From the IMG/VR virus record IMGVR_UViG_3300020403_000040, positions 1-34,746 of that record: DNA of 34,746 bases. The stretch is one strand, 5' to 3'. A model generated the notes under the pieces. That model was not told where the DNA came from. It was given only the letters and a program-made list of their open reading frames with translations, and searched no databases. The stretch comes from a virus. Taxonomy: Duplodnaviria; Caudoviricetes. Positions 8,154 through 16,436 of the stretch are shown here, piece by piece. Every line of letters starts with the position of its first letter. The first letter of the stretch is position 1. Position numbers and translations under genes: made by a program.

Positions 8154-8984
8154 ATGGTAGCTAAATTTCATAATATAAAACTCAAAGAAATGAGCAATGA
8201 ACAAATAAGAAAATGGGCAGGTATACTTCCTTATGATAATATAGTAGTGCTTAGAGATCAAGACTTAAGTAAAAAAGATCTTTCTAGAGTTTACAATTCT
8301 ATAGGTAATACATTAAAAACAGACGAGTTCTTTTGTGATGAAGAATATCCAGAATTGATGAGAGTAACAAACGAAAGAAAAGATGATGAAAAAATTGGTA
8401 TTTTTGCTGATAAAGAATTAGATTGGCATAGTAATGGTAATGGTAGACCAAGCGGAGTAGAGTGCTGTGTAGGTTTATATTGTGTTAAGCCAGGAAAGAA
8501 TAGTGTAACAAGTTTTTGTGATACCAGAGCTGCATATGATGATCTTAGCCCTGCATTAAAATTAGAACTTAGTAAAATAAAATGTTTGTTTAAGTTTGAA
8601 AATAATACTTTTTATGATTTAGATGAAGATGATAAAGAGTTAGTTATGTTTGAGAATAGAGGTGAGTATGCTCGAGGTACTATCAAGCCTCTAGTTTATA
8701 CACACCCATTTGATGGCAAAAAAGGATTGTATTTTACTTTTCATTATATACAAAAAATGTATAAAGTGCCAGAAGAAAGACAAAAGTTTTTAAAAGAATT
8801 TTTATTTGATCATGTGTTTCAAGAAAAGTATATCTATCATCATGATGATTGGCAACCTGGAGATCTGATTTTTATGGATCAGTTTCATAGTATACATAAA
8901 CGTAATGCAGTAGAAGGTGATAGGTTTATGTATAGAACAACTTTGGATTATACTCATGTTTACAACACCAGTGAAAATTATTAA
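8154..8984 (+). CDS. TauD/TfdA-family 2OG-dependent dioxygenase
   Basis: VVLRDQDL, WHSNG, TSFCDTRAAYDDL, PLVYTHP, WQPGDLIFMDQFHSIHKR, RFMYR. Confidence 0.88.
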   Translation: MVAKFHNIKLKEMSNEQIRKWAGILPYDNIVVLRDQDLSKKDLSRVYNSIGNTLKTDEFFCDEEYPELMRVTNERKDDEKIGIFADKELDWHSNGNGRPSGVECCVGLYCVKPGKNSVTSFCDTRAAYDDLSPALKLELSKIKCLFKFENNTFYDLDEDDKELVMFENRGEYARGTIKPLVYTHPFDGKKGLYFTFHYIQKMYKVPEERQKFLKEFLFDHVFQEKYIYHHDDWQPGDLIFMDQFHSIHKRNAVEGDRFMYRTTLDYTHVYNTSENY

Positions 8985-9477
8985 TGCAGACTTTAATTTA
9001 AAAGATATAGAAATAAAATTAAAAAAGAATTTGCACAAAGCTGATAAAGTAGGAATCGAATCTAGAAAAGATTATTACTATAAAGTAAATTTTGATTTTG
9101 CTGACATATCAGAAAAATTATTAGAATATTCTAAACCCTTTTTATCTGAGCTTGGTATGAAGGATGAGATAGAAATAGATATGTGGGGTAATTATTACCC
9201 AGGTATATGTGTATGTGGTAAACATAATCATTTAAGAAGAAACGTAGTACTATCTGGTATACTTTATATTAAACCAGAGAATGGAATTACTAGATTTTTT
9301 GACCCCATGGCGGAATGGCATGATCAGTTTGGTTATTGGAATATTAGAAAAGGTATAAACGAATACTCTCCTATACCTAATGTGCTATTATTATTTCCTC
9401 CATATTTAGTTCATGATGTTGTTATGTTATCTAATCAAGAAAGGATTACTGTAGCCTTTGATATTAAAGCTAGATAG
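8956..9477 (+). CDS. Putative 2OG-Fe(II) oxygenase (TIGR02466-like)
   Basis: MWGNYY, HNH, LSGILYI, FFDP, LLLFPPYLVHDV, RITVAFDI; start uncertain (8917, 8956 or 8971). Confidence 0.8.
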   Translation: MFTTPVKIINADFNLKDIEIKLKKNLHKADKVGIESRKDYYYKVNFDFADISEKLLEYSKPFLSELGMKDEIEIDMWGNYYPGICVCGKHNHLRRNVVLSGILYIKPENGITRFFDPMAEWHDQFGYWNIRKGINEYSPIPNVLLLFPPYLVHDVVMLSNQERITVAFDIKAR

Positions 9478-10003
9478 ATCACAAATACATATAATAAAAG
9501 AACAGCTGTATAAAGCTTATAAACTAACAGCTGATAAAGGTCATAGAAATCTTAACTGGTTTGATACTCTTATCGCTGATCCTTTCAATAAAGAAAAATA
9601 TAGTAAATGGTATATTATACCTGATGTTGCTTTTGCAACTGTACAAAGTTTTGGGTCTACACAAAGACTACTTACTAGATATTTTGATTTTAGCTGGTAT
9701 AGTATCTATCCAGGAAGAAAACTAGATAGAGTAACTCCAGCAGTAGAGCTACTTAACTCTCAATTAGATGATTTTAATCAAGGGTTTGTTAGTTTAGAGT
9801 ATATGAAAAGAAAGAAACTTATTAAAAAGACAGCTGAAAAATATAATATGTTAACAAATAAAAAATGGGTAGTACCTAATGGTATGTTTAAAACTTGTAA
9901 TCATGAATGTGCACAATGCTGGCAGCATATTACTTTTACAGGTAGTAAACCAGAATTAGAAAGTATAAGTTATGAAGAATGGAATAGAAGATTTCAACCC
10001 TAG
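9458..10003 (+). CDS. Hypothetical protein with C-terminal CxxxCxxC-WQH motif
   Basis: 181-aa ORF (TTG start) tiling the operon with overlaps at both ends; CNHECAQCWQH. Confidence 0.6.
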   Translation: MILKLDRSQIHIIKEQLYKAYKLTADKGHRNLNWFDTLIADPFNKEKYSKWYIIPDVAFATVQSFGSTQRLLTRYFDFSWYSIYPGRKLDRVTPAVELLNSQLDDFNQGFVSLEYMKRKKLIKKTAEKYNMLTNKKWVVPNGMFKTCNHECAQCWQHITFTGSKPELESISYEEWNRRFQP

Positions 10004-10562
10004 ATGGACATATGTTCGCGGGTTAAATTTATTAGGTGAGGAGAGATTACTTCTTAAGAGACTCTTTTTAAAAAAAAATAAAGTAACATTAGAAAATGTT
10101 AATACTATTCCTAATCAAGCTAATCCTATTTTTTATTGGCTCAAAATCGATGATCCAGTTGTAAGCAATTATGAACGTAAAATTAAAAATATAGTTGGAG
10201 ATATAAATACTAAAACAATTTTTGTTATTCATAAACCAGGTGATAATCTTAGACCTCATATTGATAAAGAATACGAAGAAAAACATATGAGAGTTTGTTT
10301 ACTAAACTTTCCTATAATGTTACCTTGTACTGTACCCACCGATTGGTACGAGAATGTTGAAAAAGTTTCTGATAGATGGTTCGAAGAAGATAAAACAAAA
10401 ATTATAGATCAAACATACTATGATAAAGGTGATACAGTTTTACTTAATACAAAATATATCCATGGAGCTAATAATACAAGTAAACATTGGAGAATTTTTC
10501 TACAAATAACATTCGAAGAAACCTATGAAAATATATTGAATAAATTAAAGGATTTGTTATGA
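9972..10562 (+). CDS. Putative 2OG-Fe(II) oxygenase
   Basis: LRPHID, LLNFPI, LLNTKYIHGANN, WRIFLQITF. Confidence 0.75.
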   Translation: MKNGIEDFNPRWTYVRGLNLLGEERLLLKRLFLKKNKVTLENVNTIPNQANPIFYWLKIDDPVVSNYERKIKNIVGDINTKTIFVIHKPGDNLRPHIDKEYEEKHMRVCLLNFPIMLPCTVPTDWYENVEKVSDRWFEEDKTKIIDQTYYDKGDTVLLNTKYIHGANNTSKHWRIFLQITFEETYENILNKLKDLL

Positions 10563-11185
10563 AGTTTGAATATGAGTATGAAGACAGGTTTGCTGAGTTA
10601 AAGCACGATGATAAACAAATGAGAAAGATCTTAGATAGGATCTTTAAATATAAAATTCAACCACACTTTGAAGATCACTCTACTATTGGTATCGGTCATG
10701 ACGAGCAAAAAATTTATCATGTTTGTTATGACTGTAACATAGAATTATGGAGTAAAATTTTTGAAGTAGTAAAAAGATTAGGTGAAAGATGTAATGTAAA
10801 CTTAGACTGGGATGCTATAAGACATGTTACTAAGTTTACTTTTATCTGGATGCCGCCGCATGGTACATTAAAACCTCATACTGCTCATGCTCTTAGGACT
10901 TTCTCAGCATTTAACATACCACTTAGAGGTATTACTAAGTTAGATATGTATGACGAAGATCTTAATTTACTTGAAAGAAGAGAGTATACTAAACCGTGTT
11001 TCTTAAATACTTATCAACCTCATGGTGTAAACAACGATTGTAACGAAGAAAGACTTATACTTAAAACTCATTTACAAATAGTACCAATGCAGATGTTAAA
11101 AGATAGTTATATGTCTGATAAAGTTGTTTCACCTTTTAATTTTGAAATGCCTTGGAGGCAATTAAGAAAGACAGGTGAGTTATGA
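10559..11185 (+). CDS. 2OG-Fe(II) oxygenase-like protein with H-x-A in place of H-x-D
   Basis: LKPHTAH, AFNIPL, FLNTYQPHGVNN, ERLILK; same layout as neighbouring paralogues. Confidence 0.7.
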   Translation: MKFEYEYEDRFAELKHDDKQMRKILDRIFKYKIQPHFEDHSTIGIGHDEQKIYHVCYDCNIELWSKIFEVVKRLGERCNVNLDWDAIRHVTKFTFIWMPPHGTLKPHTAHALRTFSAFNIPLRGITKLDMYDEDLNLLERREYTKPCFLNTYQPHGVNNDCNEERLILKTHLQIVPMQMLKDSYMSDKVVSPFNFEMPWRQLRKTGEL

Positions 11186-11802
11186 CTGAATGTTTAATAG
11201 AAAAAACAAAAAGAAGAAGAGTAAAAGGTACAGGACCATCAAGATCTAAACTTCGTACATTCGTTGATCTTGGAATGGTCGATCAAGATATTATTAAACA
11301 CCTTAATTTTATTGCTGACAAATATAAAGAAAATGATATTGGTAGTTATAAGTACGCTATATCCGGACATTGTAATTACGAAGAAGTGTTTAACGTTCAA
11401 GATAAGTATAGACAAATACTTCTTCAAACAACTAACGATTCTAATTCAGTAGATGAATTTACTTATAATAACTGGATCATAGACCCTATACAGTTACCTA
11501 TGTTTAATAATATCTACAGGTTTAGAATAAGTGAAATGAAACCTAATCATACTTTTAAATGGCATATAGATGCTGATACTTCAGTAATGTGTAGAGCTAT
11601 TATAAACTTAAATGATAATGATAGTATTTTTCAGTTTAAAGATAAACAGAGAGTACACACTCTTTTAACTAAGCCAGGTCATTTGTATTTTATTAATACT
11701 GGTTGGATGCATCAAGTACAAACTTATAATATTATGAGAAGAGCAGCTTTATTTAGTTTTCGTTTTGAGGATTACATAGGAAAAACTAATTTAAATGTAT
11801 GA
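11182..11802 (+). CDS. Asp/Asn beta-hydroxylase-like 2OG-Fe(II) oxygenase
   Basis: RFRISEMKP, WHIDAD, GHLYFINTGWMHQV, RR. Confidence 0.72.
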   Translation: MTECLIEKTKRRRVKGTGPSRSKLRTFVDLGMVDQDIIKHLNFIADKYKENDIGSYKYAISGHCNYEEVFNVQDKYRQILLQTTNDSNSVDEFTYNNWIIDPIQLPMFNNIYRFRISEMKPNHTFKWHIDADTSVMCRAIINLNDNDSIFQFKDKQRVHTLLTKPGHLYFINTGWMHQVQTYNIMRRAALFSFRFEDYIGKTNLNV

Positions 11803-12289
11803 TTATTTTATGCGCATTCCTGAAATGGATATTACTAATGAACAAAAAGTAAGAATATTCGAATACTTTAAATCTCTTCCTACAGTTGATAAAGTTTTTG
11901 ACTGCAATAACAATTTTAAGCAAATAGATGATAATGAAGATATAAATTATCTACGTTCTAAACTTAAAGTAAAAAATAGATACTGTTTTGTTTATCAGAA
12001 ACCTAATGTTAAAATAAATCGACATAGAGACTTAGAAGTCAACAACAGGAATACAGTTATAACAATACCTATTAATGCTTCAGTAGGTACTAACTTTTAT
12101 GATGATAGTGAAAATTTTATAGGGGTCACTGATTATGATAAAGGTTCATATATTATTAATGTAAGAAAGTTACATGACTTACATAATACTCAAAAGGATG
12201 AAAGAGTAATGCTACAGTTTATGATAGATCAAGATTATAAAACAGTACTTAAAAATTATTATGAGGGTAGATTATGTCCCATTATCTAG
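11795..12289 (+). CDS. Putative 2OG-Fe(II) oxygenase
   Basis: INRHRD, VITIPI, IINVRKLHDLHN, ERVMLQF. Confidence 0.7.
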   Translation: MYDYFMRIPEMDITNEQKVRIFEYFKSLPTVDKVFDCNNNFKQIDDNEDINYLRSKLKVKNRYCFVYQKPNVKINRHRDLEVNNRNTVITIPINASVGTNFYDDSENFIGVTDYDKGSYIINVRKLHDLHNTQKDERVMLQFMIDQDYKTVLKNYYEGRLCPII

Positions 12290-12873
12290 TTATAGGCTAT
12301 CCAAGAACAGGTACTACATCAGTAGTTGATTTACTTATGGAAACTAATGGTCATAGAAATAACTTCGTACAAGATTTAAAATATAACGGGGTGGATAAAT
12401 GGTTTGCATCTGAAAAAAGTGTTGCAAAGATGCACACTCATAGAGAGTTTAAGTTGTATGGACCACATCTTCAACATATTATTGATAGAACAGATGAAGC
12501 TTTTTTTACAACTTTAAGAAAAAATTTAGAAGAGCATCTTATTAGCTATCTTTGTGTCTATCTTTGCAATGTAGACTCTCATGCTAGCCCAGTATGGCAG
12601 ATGGATTTCGATGTTAAATTTCCTATATCAAATAAATTAGCATACGAACAGATGGGACGTCTTACAACAGCTATGATAGGACTAAAACCTAAATTAGAAA
12701 CTTATAGATGTCTTCCTTGGAAAAAAATTACTGATGTAAATGTATTTGATGGTTTTGATATTCATGTTAACAAATGGATTAACAAATTAGATACAGACTT
12801 TGAAGACCCGGAAAAAATAAAAGAGTACGCTAAATATTATGCTAAGGTTTTAAAAGATGAAGGAATATATTGA
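12274..12873 (+). CDS. Sulfotransferase-like protein (P-loop PAPS-binding fold)
   Basis: N-terminal LVIGYPRTGTTSV (5'-PSB loop), KMH, LRKNLEEHLIS (3'-PB-like). Confidence 0.7.
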   Translation: MSHYLVIGYPRTGTTSVVDLLMETNGHRNNFVQDLKYNGVDKWFASEKSVAKMHTHREFKLYGPHLQHIIDRTDEAFFTTLRKNLEEHLISYLCVYLCNVDSHASPVWQMDFDVKFPISNKLAYEQMGRLTTAMIGLKPKLETYRCLPWKKITDVNVFDGFDIHVNKWINKLDTDFEDPEKIKEYAKYYAKVLKDEGIY

Positions 12874-13345
12874 TATTGAAAGAATACTTTTTGAACTTGA
12901 ACCTCTAACTTATATTTACAAAGATAGAGGTCAAATACTTTTGCAGTTTCCAGAACAATATAATAAATGGTCTGACTTTATGTCTTGGAACGAAACTAAA
13001 AAGCAATGGCATCCTATGGAAGGGTTAAAAGAACAAGACTTTACTAAATTTGCATACCCAGATAAAATGCCGTATACGAAAAGTGTTTTAGAAGATCTGG
13101 GAATGTATAGAACAAGAGCTATGAATTTAAGAAGTAAATCTTGTTATTCTTATCATAAAGATCCAACTAAACGAATTCATATTCCTTTAATAACTAACGA
13201 AGACTGTTTTATAATAGTAAATGATATACTAAACAGATATCCTGCTAATGGTAGTTATTATATTGTAGATACAACAAGAAAACATACAGCTGTAAATGCA
13301 TCTTGGCAAGAAAGAATACACCTTGTAGGTTGTTTCGATGAGTAG
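12857..13345 (+). CDS. Asp/Asn beta-hydroxylase-like 2OG-Fe(II) oxygenase
   Basis: RTRAMNL, YSYHKD, RIHIPLITN, GSYYIVDTTRKHTAVN, RIHLV. Confidence 0.8.
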   Translation: MKEYIDIERILFELEPLTYIYKDRGQILLQFPEQYNKWSDFMSWNETKKQWHPMEGLKEQDFTKFAYPDKMPYTKSVLEDLGMYRTRAMNLRSKSCYSYHKDPTKRIHIPLITNEDCFIIVNDILNRYPANGSYYIVDTTRKHTAVNASWQERIHLVGCFDE

Positions 13346-14732
13346 TATAACTCTTATAGCTCTACCACCAAGAGGTCTTGGTTCAGGTGTCAAAGCACCT
13401 AGTGCTGCTTTGGGTCATATAGTACCAACACTAACAAAAGATAATATTAAAGTTGTCTGTTATGATATGAACATAGACATTTTTGAAGACAAAGGTGCTG
13501 AATGGTATGAAAGAGCTCTTACATGGGGTGAAACATTTGGTGATGTTGAAAGCGACATAGAATCAGAGTTTATAGAATACTTAGAAAACTATATAACTGA
13601 AATAAAAACTGAATGGGTAGGTATAAGTGTGTTTAGTGTTAACTCAGAATATATAGTACCTATAGTATGTAAACACATTCGTAATATTTCAAACGCAAAA
13701 ATAGTAGCTGGTGGTTATGGCTGTAATCCAAAGATAGGTCCTAAATGGAAACAAGATGGTATTATAGATAATTACATTCTTGGTGAAGGTGAAGGATCAC
13801 TTAATAGTTTAATATTAGGTGAAAAACATAATTGTATAGATGGTATTGAAAGACATGAAGTAGAAAACTTAGATGAACTTCCTATACCTGATTACTCATT
13901 ATTTGTAAGAGGCAATAATAAAAAGAGAGACTTTACTATTACTGCATCTAGAGGTTGTGTAAGAAAATGCACATTCTGTAATGTACCAAATATCTTTCCT
14001 AAATTTAGATGGAAGAAAGGTGAGAAGATTGCTGAGGAAATGATTGACATTATACATAAGTATAATCCAGATAATATATTATTCTCTGATAGTTTAATCA
14101 ATGGTAATATGAAAGAGTTTAGAAAATGGACTAGACTTATGACTGAATACTATGATAACAATCCAGATGTAAAAGTAGTTCCTTGGGCAGCTCAATTTAT
14201 TTGTAGAAATAGCAACGCTATGACTAAAGAAGATTTTGACTATATAAAAAGTTCTGGATGTTTTAATTTACAAATAGGAATTGAATCTGGTTCTGAATCA
14301 GTCAGAGAACATATGGGTAAAAAGTTTAATGATGATGATATGTACTATACATTAGGCGAACTAGCTGAAAGAAATATAGACGTTGTTTTGTTAATGATTG
14401 TAGGTTATCCTACTGAAACGGAACAAGATCATGAAGATACAGTTACGTTTTTAGAAAATGTTAATGATTGGTTTGGTCACAAATCTAAGTTTATTGTTAA
14501 CTTAAATGTAATGAAGCTTTTAAGTAATACCCATATATTACATCAAACTGAATTGTACAAATGGAATAAAAAACAAACTGATTTTGTAAGTGCATTAGGA
14601 ACTGATTGGGTAGATAGAAAAGAAAGATTTTTTGAACTATACGAATTAATTGAGTTTAGTAAAAATCTTGTACAAGCTCATCCTAATCCAGAAAAATATA
14701 AAATGCTCAAAAAATATGATAGAGTAGTATGA
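13338..14732 (+). CDS. Cobalamin-binding radical SAM enzyme (class B methyltransferase-like)
   Basis: N-terminal B12 domain (VGISVFS, IVAGG, GEGE, LPIPDY), ASRGCVRKCTFC, GIESGS, MIVGYPTET. Confidence 0.92.
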   Translation: MSSITLIALPPRGLGSGVKAPSAALGHIVPTLTKDNIKVVCYDMNIDIFEDKGAEWYERALTWGETFGDVESDIESEFIEYLENYITEIKTEWVGISVFSVNSEYIVPIVCKHIRNISNAKIVAGGYGCNPKIGPKWKQDGIIDNYILGEGEGSLNSLILGEKHNCIDGIERHEVENLDELPIPDYSLFVRGNNKKRDFTITASRGCVRKCTFCNVPNIFPKFRWKKGEKIAEEMIDIIHKYNPDNILFSDSLINGNMKEFRKWTRLMTEYYDNNPDVKVVPWAAQFICRNSNAMTKEDFDYIKSSGCFNLQIGIESGSESVREHMGKKFNDDDMYYTLGELAERNIDVVLLMIVGYPTETEQDHEDTVTFLENVNDWFGHKSKFIVNLNVMKLLSNTHILHQTELYKWNKKQTDFVSALGTDWVDRKERFFELYELIEFSKNLVQAHPNPEKYKMLKKYDRVV

Positions 14733-15181
14733 TAGGAATTACAGGACATACATCTGGTATAGCAAAGTATATTTACGATAACTATAACTGTAGAGGTTTT
14801 AGTAGATCAAATGGTTATGATATAAACAATAAAAACGATAGGTGGAGAATTATAAACGAGAGCAGAGGCTTTGAGATGTTTATAAACTGTGCGCATAACA
14901 AATATGGACAAACATTATTGTTAGAAGATTTTGTTAGATATAATCCACATATGAAAGTTATTAATGTAGGTTCTAGAGTAACTGAAATAGGTTTACCAGA
15001 ATCTCATGCTCATTTGTTAAACTATCAAAAACATAAACTTAAGTTAAAAGATATTTGTATAAAATATGGTTACGATTACAAATGGTTTGGTTATGTAGCT
15101 ACAGAAAGAATAAACAAAGAATTACCAGACGTTGAAAAAATTAGTATAGAAGAAGCAGTAAAAATTATTTTAGAAAACTAG
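14729..15181 (+). CDS. Short NAD(P)-binding SDR-like protein
   Basis: IGITGHTSGIAK, GFSRS, FINCAH, INVGS, YQKHK (YxxxK). Confidence 0.75.
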   Translation: MIGITGHTSGIAKYIYDNYNCRGFSRSNGYDINNKNDRWRIINESRGFEMFINCAHNKYGQTLLLEDFVRYNPHMKVINVGSRVTEIGLPESHAHLLNYQKHKLKLKDICIKYGYDYKWFGYVATERINKELPDVEKISIEEAVKIILEN

Positions 15182-15782
15182 TACAACCAACTTTTGTCAT
15201 TCCGGGTTTCATTTGTCCTGTACAATGAATATTATACGAATTAAATACAATAGCAGTTCCTACTTTCCAGTCAAATACGCTACCAGTTAAACCATAATAA
15301 AAATCAGATCCGTATGGTAGATGTTCTAACAAATTATCTGGACAGGGCTTATTTGTTAATCCTCTTACACCAGTAGTATCACACATTCTTTTTCTTATAG
15401 CTGGATTACCATGAAACTCTCTTTTAGAAATATAACCACACCAAGTAGCTGCTTTTTCCTTGTAAGTTTGATCAAATACAATTAACTTTTGATCAGGGTC
15501 ATCACATATCAAAGGTACTACTATGTTAATAGTATTTTCATAATCAAAAATATCTACATGAGGATAATATGGATGTTCGTGAGAAAAATAATTACCAGCA
15601 TTAAATCTTTCATAATCAAATTCTCTAAATAATGTTTTTTGAAATAGATATTTGTCGAAGCATACAAGATGCATTAGACCGTTATCTTTTGCATCTTGAA
15701 TAAAATTATTTTTGTTTTCGTACCAGTAATCTTTAAATAAACGAATAGAGTTTTCGTTTACGTTAATCGCATATGGTTGCAT
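15165..15782 (-). CDS. Putative 2OG-Fe(II) oxygenase
   Basis: YYPHVD, INIVVPL, WKVGTAIVFNSYNIHCTG, KVG. Confidence 0.68.
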   Translation of the reverse strand: MQPYAINVNENSIRLFKDYWYENKNNFIQDAKDNGLMHLVCFDKYLFQKTLFREFDYERFNAGNYFSHEHPYYPHVDIFDYENTINIVVPLICDDPDQKLIVFDQTYKEKAATWCGYISKREFHGNPAIRKRMCDTTGVRGLTNKPCPDNLLEHLPYGSDFYYGLTGSVFDWKVGTAIVFNSYNIHCTGQMKPGMTKVGCTSFLK

Positions 15783-16396
15783 TATAAATCTTCTACAATT
15801 ACATGTTTATTAAATGATGGAAATCTAAAATTAGGATCTTTATGATGTTCTAATCTAGATTTATTTTTACCTGGATATCCTATTCCCATAAGTAGTAAAG
15901 GTTTTTCTTCTCCTAATATTTTACCTACCTCTTTAGTATCAAAGCACTGGCAACAGCCAGTTTTATATCCTAAAAGATTAGCTGCTAATGTTAAGTATCC
16001 TGAACCTACACCTAAAGCTATATCAGCATCGTGTTTATATTCTCCTTTTATTCTACCGTTAGAATATTCTTCAGTAGTTCTAGTACCTTCCGATGGATCT
16101 CTATCATCAACAAAAGCAACTAATAGATTAGCTAAAGTTTGAGGATTAGTAGTTGAGGCTCCTGTTTCTAAGTTATATACAAACCCGTCTGTTGCTTCAT
16201 GTATAGCTTCTATTTTTTCTCTATCTTGTATAAAGATAGCTTTATAGAATACTCTATTTTGTTTTGATGAACATTCGGTTACAGATATCTTCATAGTCTT
16301 GATATCTTCTTCTGGTATTTTTTTATCTAGATCCCAGTTACGTTGACATCTTTGTGATGCTGTTATGCTTTTTTCTAAAAACCTGTTAAAGCTCAT
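15782..16396 (-). CDS. Nitroreductase-family (FMN-binding) protein
   Basis: SQRCQRNWD..KIPEED, SSKQN, ALGVGSGYLTLAANLLGYKTGCCQCFD, LMGIGYP; SD GGGAGG at 16403-16408. Confidence 0.85.
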   Translation of the reverse strand: MSFNRFLEKSITASQRCQRNWDLDKKIPEEDIKTMKISVTECSSKQNRVFYKAIFIQDREKIEAIHEATDGFVYNLETGASTTNPQTLANLLVAFVDDRDPSEGTRTTEEYSNGRIKGEYKHDADIALGVGSGYLTLAANLLGYKTGCCQCFDTKEVGKILGEEKPLLLMGIGYPGKNKSRLEHHKDPNFRFPSFNKHVIVEDL

Positions 16397-16418
16397 TGCA
16401 GACCTCCCGTCGTTAATG

Positions 16419-16436
16419 CATATAAATATTTATATG
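16419..16436. promoter_or_regulatory. Bidirectional T4 late promoter: perfect 18-bp palindrome CATATAAATATTTATATG
   Basis: Exact TATAAATA on + (16421-16428) and on - (16434-16427), between the divergent nitroreductase and radical SAM genes. Confidence 0.8.

Noticed and set aside
10065-10078. T5-A9 run as a slippage or frameshift site
   Set aside because: The ORF is intact and such runs are expected in AT-rich DNA
5886-14101. Short track ORFs at 5886, 6398, 8802, 10089, 11239, 11264 and 13892
   Set aside because: Lie within or antisense to well-supported genes; no recognisable motifs
16365-16433. Longer start for the radical SAM ORF
   Set aside because: Overlaps the divergent nitroreductase start and the promoter palindrome; ATG 16434 is more plausible
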